Virus record (IMG/VR): IMGVR_UViG_3300024259_000003 | Strand: one strand, 5' to 3' | DNA: 50,328 nt | Source: a virus | Shown here: positions 41,295-49,281 of the stretch, in pieces | Position numbering within the stretch: the first letter of the stretch is position 1 | Layout: every line of letters begins with the position of its first letter | Translations under genes and position numbers: made by a program | Notes under the pieces: generated by a model | What the model was told of the DNA's origin: nothing | The model's database searches: none | The model's input: the letters and a program-made list of their open reading frames with translations, nothing else

Positions 41295-41660
41295 ATGGGA
41301 CAAGACAGAAAGATCAAAATGTTGTGTACTTATACAACGGCTTCCGGGTTATATCAGTCAGGAAGAGTATATTCCGGGTCAGAGATGCCGAAAATTGTAG
41401 CTGATCGGTTCCTCAGGCTTGGTGTGGCTGAGGAGTTGATGATTAGACCCTCTGAGAACAAAATGGTCGTTCCTCCGGAGAAGAAGGCTGCCGACAAGAA
41501 AAACGATGCTGCTAAAGCGAAAAAAGAGGCTGCTAAAGCGAAAAAAGAGGCTGCAAAGGTTCACCTCGTTACCGCTACGCCCGAGAAACCAAAGGATGAT
41601 CCTCCAAAGACAGATGATGATGAAGATCTCAAACCGAAACGGCTAATCAACAATGGCTGA
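41295..41660 (+). CDS. Lys/Ala-rich hypothetical structural-module protein
   Basis: Contains AAKAKKEAAKAKKEAAK, encoded by a 21-bp tandem repeat (41508-41528 and 41529-41549). Confidence 0.45.
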   Translation: MGQDRKIKMLCTYTTASGLYQSGRVYSGSEMPKIVADRFLRLGVAEELMIRPSENKMVVPPEKKAADKKNDAAKAKKEAAKAKKEAAKVHLVTATPEKPKDDPPKTDDDEDLKPKRLINNG

Positions 41661-42582
41661 TGATCTGGTCACTACTGCCGAGGTGAAGGTTTATCTTGGT
41701 ATCTCGGTCAGCACATACGATGCTCTAATTGCTGCGCTCATTGGGTACGTCACAGGAGCGATCGAGACTTATTGCGGTCGAACGTGGACCCTTGGAGAGG
41801 TGATTGATTATCTTGATGGCGGTCGCGAGTATCTAATAGCAAAGACCATCCCTATTAGTGATGTGTTCGAAATATTAGATCTGTTTTCCGAGGGAGAGGA
41901 TCTGGTAGGTGATGAGCTGGTCGCAAACGGTGGCTTTGCTTCTGATTCTGATTGGACAAAGGGCGCGGGATGGTCAATCGCTGGAGGTGTAGCGGTCGCG
42001 ACAACATCAACTGCAAGCCTGACTCAATCGGGAATACTGACACTCGGAAGCATTTTCAAGGTCGTTTATACTATTTCCGGATACTCTGGTGGAACAATAA
42101 CAGCAAAGCTCGGAACAACGGCACTGACTACGCGACAAGCGGATGGTGAATTTACAGAAACCGGAAGATGCCTCGGAAACAAGGATTTCTCATTCGATGC
42201 GCTAACATCGCTGACTGCTAATGTCGATCTCGTATCTGTGAAAAAACTTGACTTCACATTTGAACCAGCAACAGGATTGATCTATCCTACGTGGGACGCG
42301 ACAACATTACAGACACCACTTCTTGATCGGATGTGCTGGTCTCCCGGGAAGCGTCGATTCAAAGTAACTTATAACGGTGGCACTAATACTGCACCCGCTG
42401 ACGTTAAACTGGCAGCGATTCAATCAGTCGCGGATTTATACCTTCATCGCGATCAGTCGTTACAGGCAGAGAAAATAGGGGATTACTCCTATACTCGAGG
42501 GAAGTCGGTATCGGCAGCGGATGAAGCGTTGACTCCTGCTGCAATATCATTGCTGAGCAAATACCGGGTGATTGCGATATGA
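41653..42582 (+). CDS. Head-tail connector (gp6-like adaptor) carrying an inserted beta-sandwich (CBM-like) domain
   Basis: N-terminus LVTTAEVKVYLGIS....DALIAALI..VTGAIETYCGR and C-terminus PADVKLAAIQSVADLYLHRD are gp6-like. Residues ~85-200 (ELVANGGFASDSDWTKGAGWSIAGG...) are extra. Confidence 0.6.
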   Translation: MADDLVTTAEVKVYLGISVSTYDALIAALIGYVTGAIETYCGRTWTLGEVIDYLDGGREYLIAKTIPISDVFEILDLFSEGEDLVGDELVANGGFASDSDWTKGAGWSIAGGVAVATTSTASLTQSGILTLGSIFKVVYTISGYSGGTITAKLGTTALTTRQADGEFTETGRCLGNKDFSFDALTSLTANVDLVSVKKLDFTFEPATGLIYPTWDATTLQTPLLDRMCWSPGKRRFKVTYNGGTNTAPADVKLAAIQSVADLYLHRDQSLQAEKIGDYSYTRGKSVSAADEALTPAAISLLSKYRVIAI

Positions 42583-42917
42583 TCCCTGCTGGATTAATGA
42601 ATCGTACCGTAACGATCAAGCGAAAATCCCGGACTAAAGATGGTCAGGGCGGTTTTACTTTTGCATGGGCCACATCATCGACAGTGCAGGGTCGGATCAG
42701 GCCAGCAAAATCCGGAGAGCGAGTTGTCGCTGGTAGAGAACAAGCTCAAATTACTCACGTAGCATATTTTGATCCCGGAACAGATGTTCAATTCGGTGAT
42801 CAGCTAGTTTCATCCGCGCCAACAGCGTTGACCGTTTATGTTGTCGGAGTGAGAGAACCGGGCGGGATCAATCATCACTTCGAAGTCGATTGTAACAATG
42901 AGCAACTCGAGCCATGA
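42579..42917 (+). CDS. Head closure / head-tail joining protein (SPP1 gp16-like)
   Basis: MNRTVTIKRKSRTKDGQGGFTFAW...VQGRIRP....E......Q..THV pattern; size and position fit. Confidence 0.65.
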   Translation: MIPAGLMNRTVTIKRKSRTKDGQGGFTFAWATSSTVQGRIRPAKSGERVVAGREQAQITHVAYFDPGTDVQFGDQLVSSAPTALTVYVVGVREPGGINHHFEVDCNNEQLEP

Positions 42918-43324
42918 GTTATGAGTCTAACCAAAAAAATCTCATGAAAGCAGTAAATAGGTTACTCGAGCGGAATATGATCAGAGCCACAGCACATGCA
43001 CAAGGGGAAATTGTGGATCTGATCAGCCGTTCCCAACCTACAAAACGTAGTGGTCAGAAAATGAGAGGACTGTCACCATCCAGACCGGGTCAGCCTCCAA
43101 AGGTTATTGCAGGACTGCTTCGGAATAATGTGAGCTATCAGGTTAAACGCAATATAAACGGAGTGAGCGGATTCGTCGGAATACGAAAAGGTGTTGCTGA
43201 TGGTTACGGACTTTATTTAGAGCTTGGTACTTCAAAAATGGAACCCCGTCCTTATATCAGGCGGGTGGTGATTGGGGATAGAAAGATAATATTGCGAATC
43301 ATCGCAACAGGGAAACGAATATGA
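42914..43324 (+). CDS. HK97 gp10-family tail-completion protein
   Basis: ...PSRPGQPPKV..G.L.N......YGLYLELGTSKMEPRPYIRR. Confidence 0.65.
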   Translation: MSYESNQKNLMKAVNRLLERNMIRATAHAQGEIVDLISRSQPTKRSGQKMRGLSPSRPGQPPKVIAGLLRNNVSYQVKRNINGVSGFVGIRKGVADGYGLYLELGTSKMEPRPYIRRVVIGDRKIILRIIATGKRI

Positions 43325-43749
43325 GTGTTTTTACTACTGGCATTTACAACAGGTTGAATAATGATGCGACACTCACATCATTGCTTGCTGATTATAGTGA
43401 TGATGTCCCGAATGCCGGGCATGCTATTTTTACAATTGAACCGATACCGGGTGATGCAATTTACCCATATATTATAATTTCAAAGGTGTCCGACACTTCG
43501 GACGATACTAAGCAGACTCGAGGGCGCGCAATAACGTGGGATATCCGCTGTTATACGTTACGAACCGGAAGCATGGTTGGTGTTGAAGCGATCGCAGAGC
43601 GAGTCAGAACTTTATTACACAGATTTTCTTTAGTAGTGACAGGATACACAACCATCGTGGCGGAGGCATCGGGTCCATTCCCTGCTCCTGTCGAGGATGG
43701 AGTTTATGGATTAATCGTAACATGTAGTTTTAGAATGGAGGCAGATTAA
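43321..43749 (+). CDS. Tail terminator (DUF3168-like)
   Basis: IYNRLNNDATLTSLL......IF....P.DA.YPYIIIS pattern; position before the major tail protein. Confidence 0.55.
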   Translation: MSVFTTGIYNRLNNDATLTSLLADYSDDVPNAGHAIFTIEPIPGDAIYPYIIISKVSDTSDDTKQTRGRAITWDIRCYTLRTGSMVGVEAIAERVRTLLHRFSLVVTGYTTIVAEASGPFPAPVEDGVYGLIVTCSFRMEAD

Positions 43750-44106
43750 ATGGCTGCAACAATATTGACTGTTCTTGATCTCGATGAAAGCGGGGTTGAA
43801 CCCGCATACACGGCTGCAACGGTTACTGAAGGTGATCAGTTCGCTAATGATGACCGGACGTTTGTTCATATCAAAAACGGGAGTGGTGGTTCGATAGACG
43901 CTGTAATTCAGGCTTCGGAATCGAGCGTGTTCATGAAGGGATTTGGTGACATCTTGCTTCCTGACGTTACCATCGCTATTCCAGCGGGTGAGGAGCGGAT
44001 GTTTCAATGTCCACCAGCAAGATTTAATAGCAGTGGAAAGTGCACTATCATATGCTCATCGGTCACAACAGTGACTATGGCAGCATTTAAGATGACAAAA
44101 GTTTAG
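43750..44106 (+). CDS. Hypothetical structural protein
   Basis: ORF abuts the upstream stop; lies within the tail module. Confidence 0.45.
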   Translation: MAATILTVLDLDESGVEPAYTAATVTEGDQFANDDRTFVHIKNGSGGSIDAVIQASESSVFMKGFGDILLPDVTIAIPAGEERMFQCPPARFNSSGKCTIICSSVTTVTMAAFKMTKV

Positions 44107-44114
44107 GAGAAATC

Positions 44115-44489
44115 GTGGCAGGAGTAAACGGATCGACAATTACCATCACCGTCGGTGGAGTAGCTGTTGCATCACAGCGGGATGTGTCTGTTGATGATGC
44201 TCTCGCATTCATTGACACTTCAACGAAAGATGCGCGACATGAGGACGGTCTTGGTGGACGTACCTCTGGAACGGTGACGCTGGATGCGTTATATATTTAT
44301 GACGATGCTGCACAACTTGCGGTACAATCAGCAAGGGAAAACGGCACAGAGGTCACATTGGTCAGGACTGATGCTGTGGGTACAAACTACACGGCCACAG
44401 CTTTGTGTACTGGTCTCACCGTTAATGCACCAGATCAAGATGTGGTGACGTGGAATGCAACATTCCAAAAAACTTCAGAGTGGGCTTAA
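44115..44489 (+). CDS. Major tail protein (TP901-1/phi13-like, small)
   Basis: aggag lies before GTG 44115. ...ITVGGVAVASQRDVSVDD....IDTSTKD.....GLGGRTSGTVTLDALY...TATALCTGL.VNAP..DVVTWNATFQ pattern. Lies upstream of the chaperone pair and the tape measure. Confidence 0.6.
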   Translation: MAGVNGSTITITVGGVAVASQRDVSVDDALAFIDTSTKDARHEDGLGGRTSGTVTLDALYIYDDAAQLAVQSARENGTEVTLVRTDAVGTNYTATALCTGLTVNAPDQDVVTWNATFQKTSEWA

Positions 44490-44803
44490 TGGAAACTAAA
44501 CATCGGGCAGTTGTTCAGTTAGGTAATTTGAAAATGCGGTTCGATCTCGACAAGCTTGCACAACTTGAGGAAGAACTTGAGATTGAGTCATATGTTCAGG
44601 TTTTTCAGAAAGCAGGAAGCGTCAGGTCTATAAGGAAAATCGTCGCGATTGGATGCGGTGTCACCGAGGATGAGGTTAATGACATTGATGTTCCGATCAA
44701 CGAAATGATCGGTCAGGTATCGCTTGCATTATCTCGAGCAATATTCGGAGCAGACGAACCTCCGAAAGTCGACGATAAAAAGGATGATACCAAACTCCCT
44801 TAG
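44489..44803 (+). CDS. Tail assembly chaperone (gpG-like)
   Basis: ATG 44489 overlaps the upstream stop (TAATG). Position before the tape measure; acidic C-terminus. Confidence 0.6.
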   Translation: METKHRAVVQLGNLKMRFDLDKLAQLEEELEIESYVQVFQKAGSVRSIRKIVAIGCGVTEDEVNDIDVPINEMIGQVSLALSRAIFGADEPPKVDDKKDDTKLP

Positions 44804-45117
44804 ATGCCTCCGGTGAATCCGGAGGCACAGGTTGGGATGATATAATTCGCGAGGGGTTGTTAGTCGGGTTGGGAATTGATCAAATCTGGTCATTGACTCC
44901 TCATGAATTGAGAATGGTGATAGAATCCTATTATGAGCGTGGGCGCAAAGAGCGTATTCATCTTGCTTGGTTGACTTCCAGCCTTATGAGGCAGAAAAAG
45001 ATTCCAGAACTTGATAAGCTCATCAATAAACCAAAACCATTGACAAAAGAGGACACCGAAACGTTGATAGACGCTGGCAAAAAAGCAGAGCAAATTTTGA
45101 GGGATCTCAATGCCTAA
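44788..45117 (+). CDS. Tail assembly chaperone -1 frame extension (gpT-like), probably made as a G-T fusion
   Basis: The -1 frame is open from 44788 and overlaps the last 5 codons of the gpG-like ORF. No well-spaced start or SD precedes the conserved GLGIDQIWSLTPHEL segment. The track ORF starts at TTG 44857. Confidence 0.5.
   Translation, partial: YQTPLDASGESGGTGWDDIIREGLLVGLGIDQIWSLTPHELRMVIESYYERGRKERIHLAWLTSSLMRQKKIPELDKLINKPKPLTKEDTETLIDAGKKAEQILRDLNA
44806..44826 (+). promoter_or_regulatory. 8-bp GC-rich hairpin just after the gpG stop (candidate frameshift stimulator)
   Basis: gcctccgg-tgaat-ccggaggc, beginning 2 nt after the TAG at 44801-44803. Confidence 0.5.
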
Positions 45118-46843
45118 TAATTTACCAGCATTAGGAAAAACTAAGGTTGAGATCGATGCCCCGACAAAAGGGTTGGCTCGTGACTTTAAGCGAGCTGAGA
45201 GCTTAACTAAAAAATCTACTGATCGGATGACCAGCCTCTTTAAAGCAGCGGGTGCGACGATCATTGCTGTTGGTGCGCTTAATTTTGCGAAGAAAGCGAT
45301 CTCTGTATTCGAAACTCAAGAGCAAGCCGTTCGACAATTAAACGCAGCTCTTGAATCAACCGGATATGTCGCTGGTGAAACATCCCGCGAGTTACAAGAT
45401 ATGGCAACTCATCTTCAGTCAGTAACCACCTTCGGGGATGAGGCTACAATTGGAATGCAAGCACTTCTGCTAACTTTCAAGAATATCAAAAGCGATGTTT
45501 TTGAAAGGACAACAGAGGCAATCCTTGATTTATCTACTGCAATGAATCAGGGATTAAAAGAAAGTGCAATCCAGTTAGGCAAAGCTCTTAATGATCCCGT
45601 TACTGGTATATCTGCGATGACTCGAGTCGGGATTACGTTTAGCAAAGAGCAAAAGAAAATGATTAAATTCTTTGCTGAGACGAATCAGATGTCTAAAGCT
45701 CAAAGTGTGATACTTGGCGAGCTTGAAAGTCAATTCGGTGGATCTGCCAGAGCAATGCGAGAAACATTTGGAGGGAAGCGTCAAGCGTTGCTTAATACGT
45801 TTGGCGATACAATGGAGTTGGTCGGTGGGTATATTGCTGGATCATTCTCAACGAGCGTTTCTGGTTTGTCGGATTTATTCGAGAATCTCAACGAGAGGCT
45901 CGATGCGAGTGTTAATAAACTTAGTAACTGGAAAAACGCTGTCGCTGAAGCTGTTGCCATCCTTCCTCCGATAACTAATGAAGTTTACGACTTGTCTGCT
46001 GCCATCGCTGAAGAGTCTAAAATGGCTGATAAGTCAATCAAAATTCATGGCGGGGTTGACGAGGCACTGGCTAAATTGGATTCTGGATTTATTGATGCTT
46101 CAGAATCGATAAGGATCTATGATTCTGCCGTTGGTGATGCTATTGGTGTATCGGGTGGACTCGAAGAAAAGCTCAATGAAGCTGGAAAAGCAATTGATGA
46201 TATAAAGAAAAAAGGTGATGATTTCTCGCTTGAGGACACGTTTGTTGTCCCGAAGATAAAAGACTTCACAGGAATATTTGCATTCAAGAATCTCGACAAT
46301 GCACCGGAACAACTCAGACCTCTTAATGATGCACTCACTATTATTTCTAATCAGGTAGATGATATCGGGGAAAGAAGTATTGTAACTTTTCAATCGATGC
46401 TCTCTTTCGGTGTTCAGGCTGCCAATTCATTATCAAGCGTTTTCGCTGGATGGGCCACCGGAACGATTAAGTCATTCGATGAGGTCTTAAAGTCATTCGG
46501 ATCAATGTTAGCTCAAATGGTTGCTGATTTGATTGCGAAATATGCTATCTTTGCAGCTATCAGTCTAATCTTTGGTGGTGGCGCACCGATCGCGCTTGCG
46601 TTAGGATCTCAATCAGGGTTTTCTCCTCTTAACACAGATCGAAGGTTTAGTACAGGGAATAGATTTTCTGATGCTGGATTGGGCGGAGATAGTGGATCGC
46701 AACAGACTGGATTCGGTGGGTCCGAAAGTATCTCCCCTAACATCAATGTTGATCAGCCATCCATCAATGTCACTATTGACGGGTATCAGCTTAGAACATA
46801 TATTCAATCCGAGGATGCTTTCGATTCAAGGAACCAAGCCTGA
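45110..46843 (+). CDS. Tail tape measure protein
   Basis: ...GDEATIGMQALLLTFKNI...LGKALNDPVTGISAMTRVGITFSKEQKKMI......AQSVILGELESQFGGSA is the tape-measure core pattern. There is a hydrophobic Gly-rich segment near the C-terminus; 577 aa. Confidence 0.85.
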   Translation: MPNNLPALGKTKVEIDAPTKGLARDFKRAESLTKKSTDRMTSLFKAAGATIIAVGALNFAKKAISVFETQEQAVRQLNAALESTGYVAGETSRELQDMATHLQSVTTFGDEATIGMQALLLTFKNIKSDVFERTTEAILDLSTAMNQGLKESAIQLGKALNDPVTGISAMTRVGITFSKEQKKMIKFFAETNQMSKAQSVILGELESQFGGSARAMRETFGGKRQALLNTFGDTMELVGGYIAGSFSTSVSGLSDLFENLNERLDASVNKLSNWKNAVAEAVAILPPITNEVYDLSAAIAEESKMADKSIKIHGGVDEALAKLDSGFIDASESIRIYDSAVGDAIGVSGGLEEKLNEAGKAIDDIKKKGDDFSLEDTFVVPKIKDFTGIFAFKNLDNAPEQLRPLNDALTIISNQVDDIGERSIVTFQSMLSFGVQAANSLSSVFAGWATGTIKSFDEVLKSFGSMLAQMVADLIAKYAIFAAISLIFGGGAPIALALGSQSGFSPLNTDRRFSTGNRFSDAGLGGDSGSQQTGFGGSESISPNINVDQPSINVTIDGYQLRTYIQSEDAFDSRNQA

Positions 46844-48753
46844 TGCGTCCGCAGATATATAAATCAGGTGAGTGGCGAAATATGTCGTACTCTCCCGGTC
46901 AATCTCCGATCGTAGTCAATCAGGTTGAAAATCAACTTCGCTTATTTGAATTTCAGGCATCTAAAGCGACTCTGAGAATTGACACGAATACAGAGCCGAG
47001 ATTCAGGGCTGAGGGTGATTGGGAAATCACACGGGGAGATGCGGTAAGGATCTATTCTGGTGATGTGAGGATATTTGAAGGGATTGTAGATCGCGATATC
47101 AGCCACGATGAAAAAAGTGGCACGATCTCCTTCCGCGCTTCAGGATGGATTGCGGAAATTAATCAATTACTCGCAGGTAGAATCATCGACGGTACGGAGG
47201 GTGAGTCGCTGTATCGGTACCAGAAGGAGGAGAATCTTTTAGATGATCTCGACACTGAGGATGTTGATGAGTCGGATCTGGAATATGAATATATAGCGAC
47301 TCCGGGCATATACGAGAACGATTGGAACGATGATTTGCCGAGACGGACCGGATATAATAAAGCATCAATATTTGATACGAGATCTTTGTTTTCTGATGGA
47401 ATATTTCAGTCTGAAAACAATGGATCGACCGGATTTGAACTCCTATTGCGCGGATCATCTTTCAGCAATTCTGTTTATCGCAAGATAATGCATGATGGGA
47501 AAAAGACAGGTACATTGTTTAATGTAAATTTGACGGATGTCATCTCAGAACTATTGACACAGATCAACATTACCAAGCCGGGATACTCTATTGGATCTAT
47601 CGATCTCGGTACCATCACGAGTGAGTTTGCGGTAGCGATACCGCTCGACGATCGACAGATGCGTTATGCTCATTTTATTCCAATGGATATCGGTGAAAGT
47701 ACAGAATTATTTTCATTACTCTGGAGTTATGAGGACGGGGTTCAGAACTCGACTCCCACATCAATTAAGATTGCTTATCTCGGTCGGGTTGTGTCTCAGT
47801 TTGATATCGAGGATATTGAGAGATTAGAGTTCACTGGTGATGTTTACGATTATTCCGGGATCAATGAAGAGCAACTCGGACGATTCTGGTCAAATCGGGT
47901 TTTTAGTATCGAAGATCGCATTATCATTCTCCAGATGTGGTCGACTAGAGGGCAAACAGGTAACACATACGATCTGAGGTATCAGGTTCAGTGGTATGTA
48001 TATGATCCAGTAACGGGTGATTTGTCTGATCGGTATGATCAATCAGATACCGAATCGCGAAATCTGATCTTTGGAGAGTATCCTAGTGCTGATCTATATA
48101 AATCAGTCACGTTCCCGAGATCCAGTAGAGATCCAAACGGAGATTTGATTCCTTATTCAGAAGGTTATTTTCCTGTGGTTTCTCCACAAACTGACCACTT
48201 TCCTCAAGATGAATATATTACGTATCAGGATGCAAACGGGATATATAGTTTAAGAAACAGGAAAGTAATTTTCACGGGATCGATCGTCATTGAGGAGATA
48301 TCGTTTGAATTCCTGAATACGAGAATTACAAAGATATTGGTTGAGATCTGTAAGCTCACTAATTCGGTTTTCTATATTGACGATGACAAGAAAATCAACA
48401 TTGTTTCCCGGGATTTCTTTAACAATGTCGCGGTGAAAACGATTACAGATATTGAATCATTCTCAAGGAAAGTGAAAGATAACTACGGAAATGAATCTCC
48501 TGTTGTTAGATCTGAGATCATAGCAAATGAAGCATTTAATACAATGCTTGAAAATTACTATATTAATTCGTACTTTGCAGAGAAAGAGGATCAGTGGGAG
48601 ATCGTGGCTGACCGTAACACAAATAATGTCTCCATCAATTTACTTGATAGAGTCACTTGGGGCGGGATATCGGGTGAACCTGCTATCGTGAGGAGTGTAC
48701 AAGTGAGAGAGAGTAATGTGATTATTAGCGTGACTCGATCGAGGGCTTCATAG
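46843..48753 (+). CDS. Tail tip / distal tail protein (Dit/Tal-region protein)
   Basis: ATGA-coupled to the tape measure; 636 aa. Assignment is by position. Confidence 0.45.
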   Translation: MRPQIYKSGEWRNMSYSPGQSPIVVNQVENQLRLFEFQASKATLRIDTNTEPRFRAEGDWEITRGDAVRIYSGDVRIFEGIVDRDISHDEKSGTISFRASGWIAEINQLLAGRIIDGTEGESLYRYQKEENLLDDLDTEDVDESDLEYEYIATPGIYENDWNDDLPRRTGYNKASIFDTRSLFSDGIFQSENNGSTGFELLLRGSSFSNSVYRKIMHDGKKTGTLFNVNLTDVISELLTQINITKPGYSIGSIDLGTITSEFAVAIPLDDRQMRYAHFIPMDIGESTELFSLLWSYEDGVQNSTPTSIKIAYLGRVVSQFDIEDIERLEFTGDVYDYSGINEEQLGRFWSNRVFSIEDRIIILQMWSTRGQTGNTYDLRYQVQWYVYDPVTGDLSDRYDQSDTESRNLIFGEYPSADLYKSVTFPRSSRDPNGDLIPYSEGYFPVVSPQTDHFPQDEYITYQDANGIYSLRNRKVIFTGSIVIEEISFEFLNTRITKILVEICKLTNSVFYIDDDKKINIVSRDFFNNVAVKTITDIESFSRKVKDNYGNESPVVRSEIIANEAFNTMLENYYINSYFAEKEDQWEIVADRNTNNVSINLLDRVTWGGISGEPAIVRSVQVRESNVIISVTRSRAS

Positions 48754-49271
48754 TGGCATATCCGAATTATGCTTTAGGTGGCGCAGGACAAATCCAGTTT
48801 CATCATGCTTGGTGGGCTGGTAATTATGAATTTCCTCATCCTGCTACGATAGACCTGACCTTTCGCGCAGAAAGATTTGATGGTGGGCCAACATCAAAAA
48901 CAGTGATTGAGTGGGATGAAAATGGAAATATGAAGAATCGCGTAATCAATACTCAGGATGGATGGAGACCAATTCTCACTTTGGGGTGGGGTCACATCGA
49001 TGCTGATGTTGCAAATCGATTGCGAGCTTTTATCAGCGTTTGCAATTTATCAACACTTCCGTTAAGGATACAGCCTCATGATGATGTCGAAGATGTTTAT
49101 AATATGATTTATGATACTTCCGCTGAGTTGAGGTTCGGATCTCCCGGTAATATGTATCTCGGGCATGCCCCTTCTGTGAGATTTATTGGGGTTGAATTGG
49201 TGACTGATATCTCAGGGGCGATCGGATCGGGTACGGCTCTTGCTGATGCAATTTATCCGTTAATTTTCTAA
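48753..49271 (+). CDS. Tail/baseplate-associated hypothetical protein
   Basis: GTG start overlaps the upstream stop; lies between the tail-tip and fibre genes. Confidence 0.4.
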   Translation: MAYPNYALGGAGQIQFHHAWWAGNYEFPHPATIDLTFRAERFDGGPTSKTVIEWDENGNMKNRVINTQDGWRPILTLGWGHIDADVANRLRAFISVCNLSTLPLRIQPHDDVEDVYNMIYDTSAELRFGSPGNMYLGHAPSVRFIGVELVTDISGAIGSGTALADAIYPLIF

Positions 49272-49281
49272 GGAATATACG

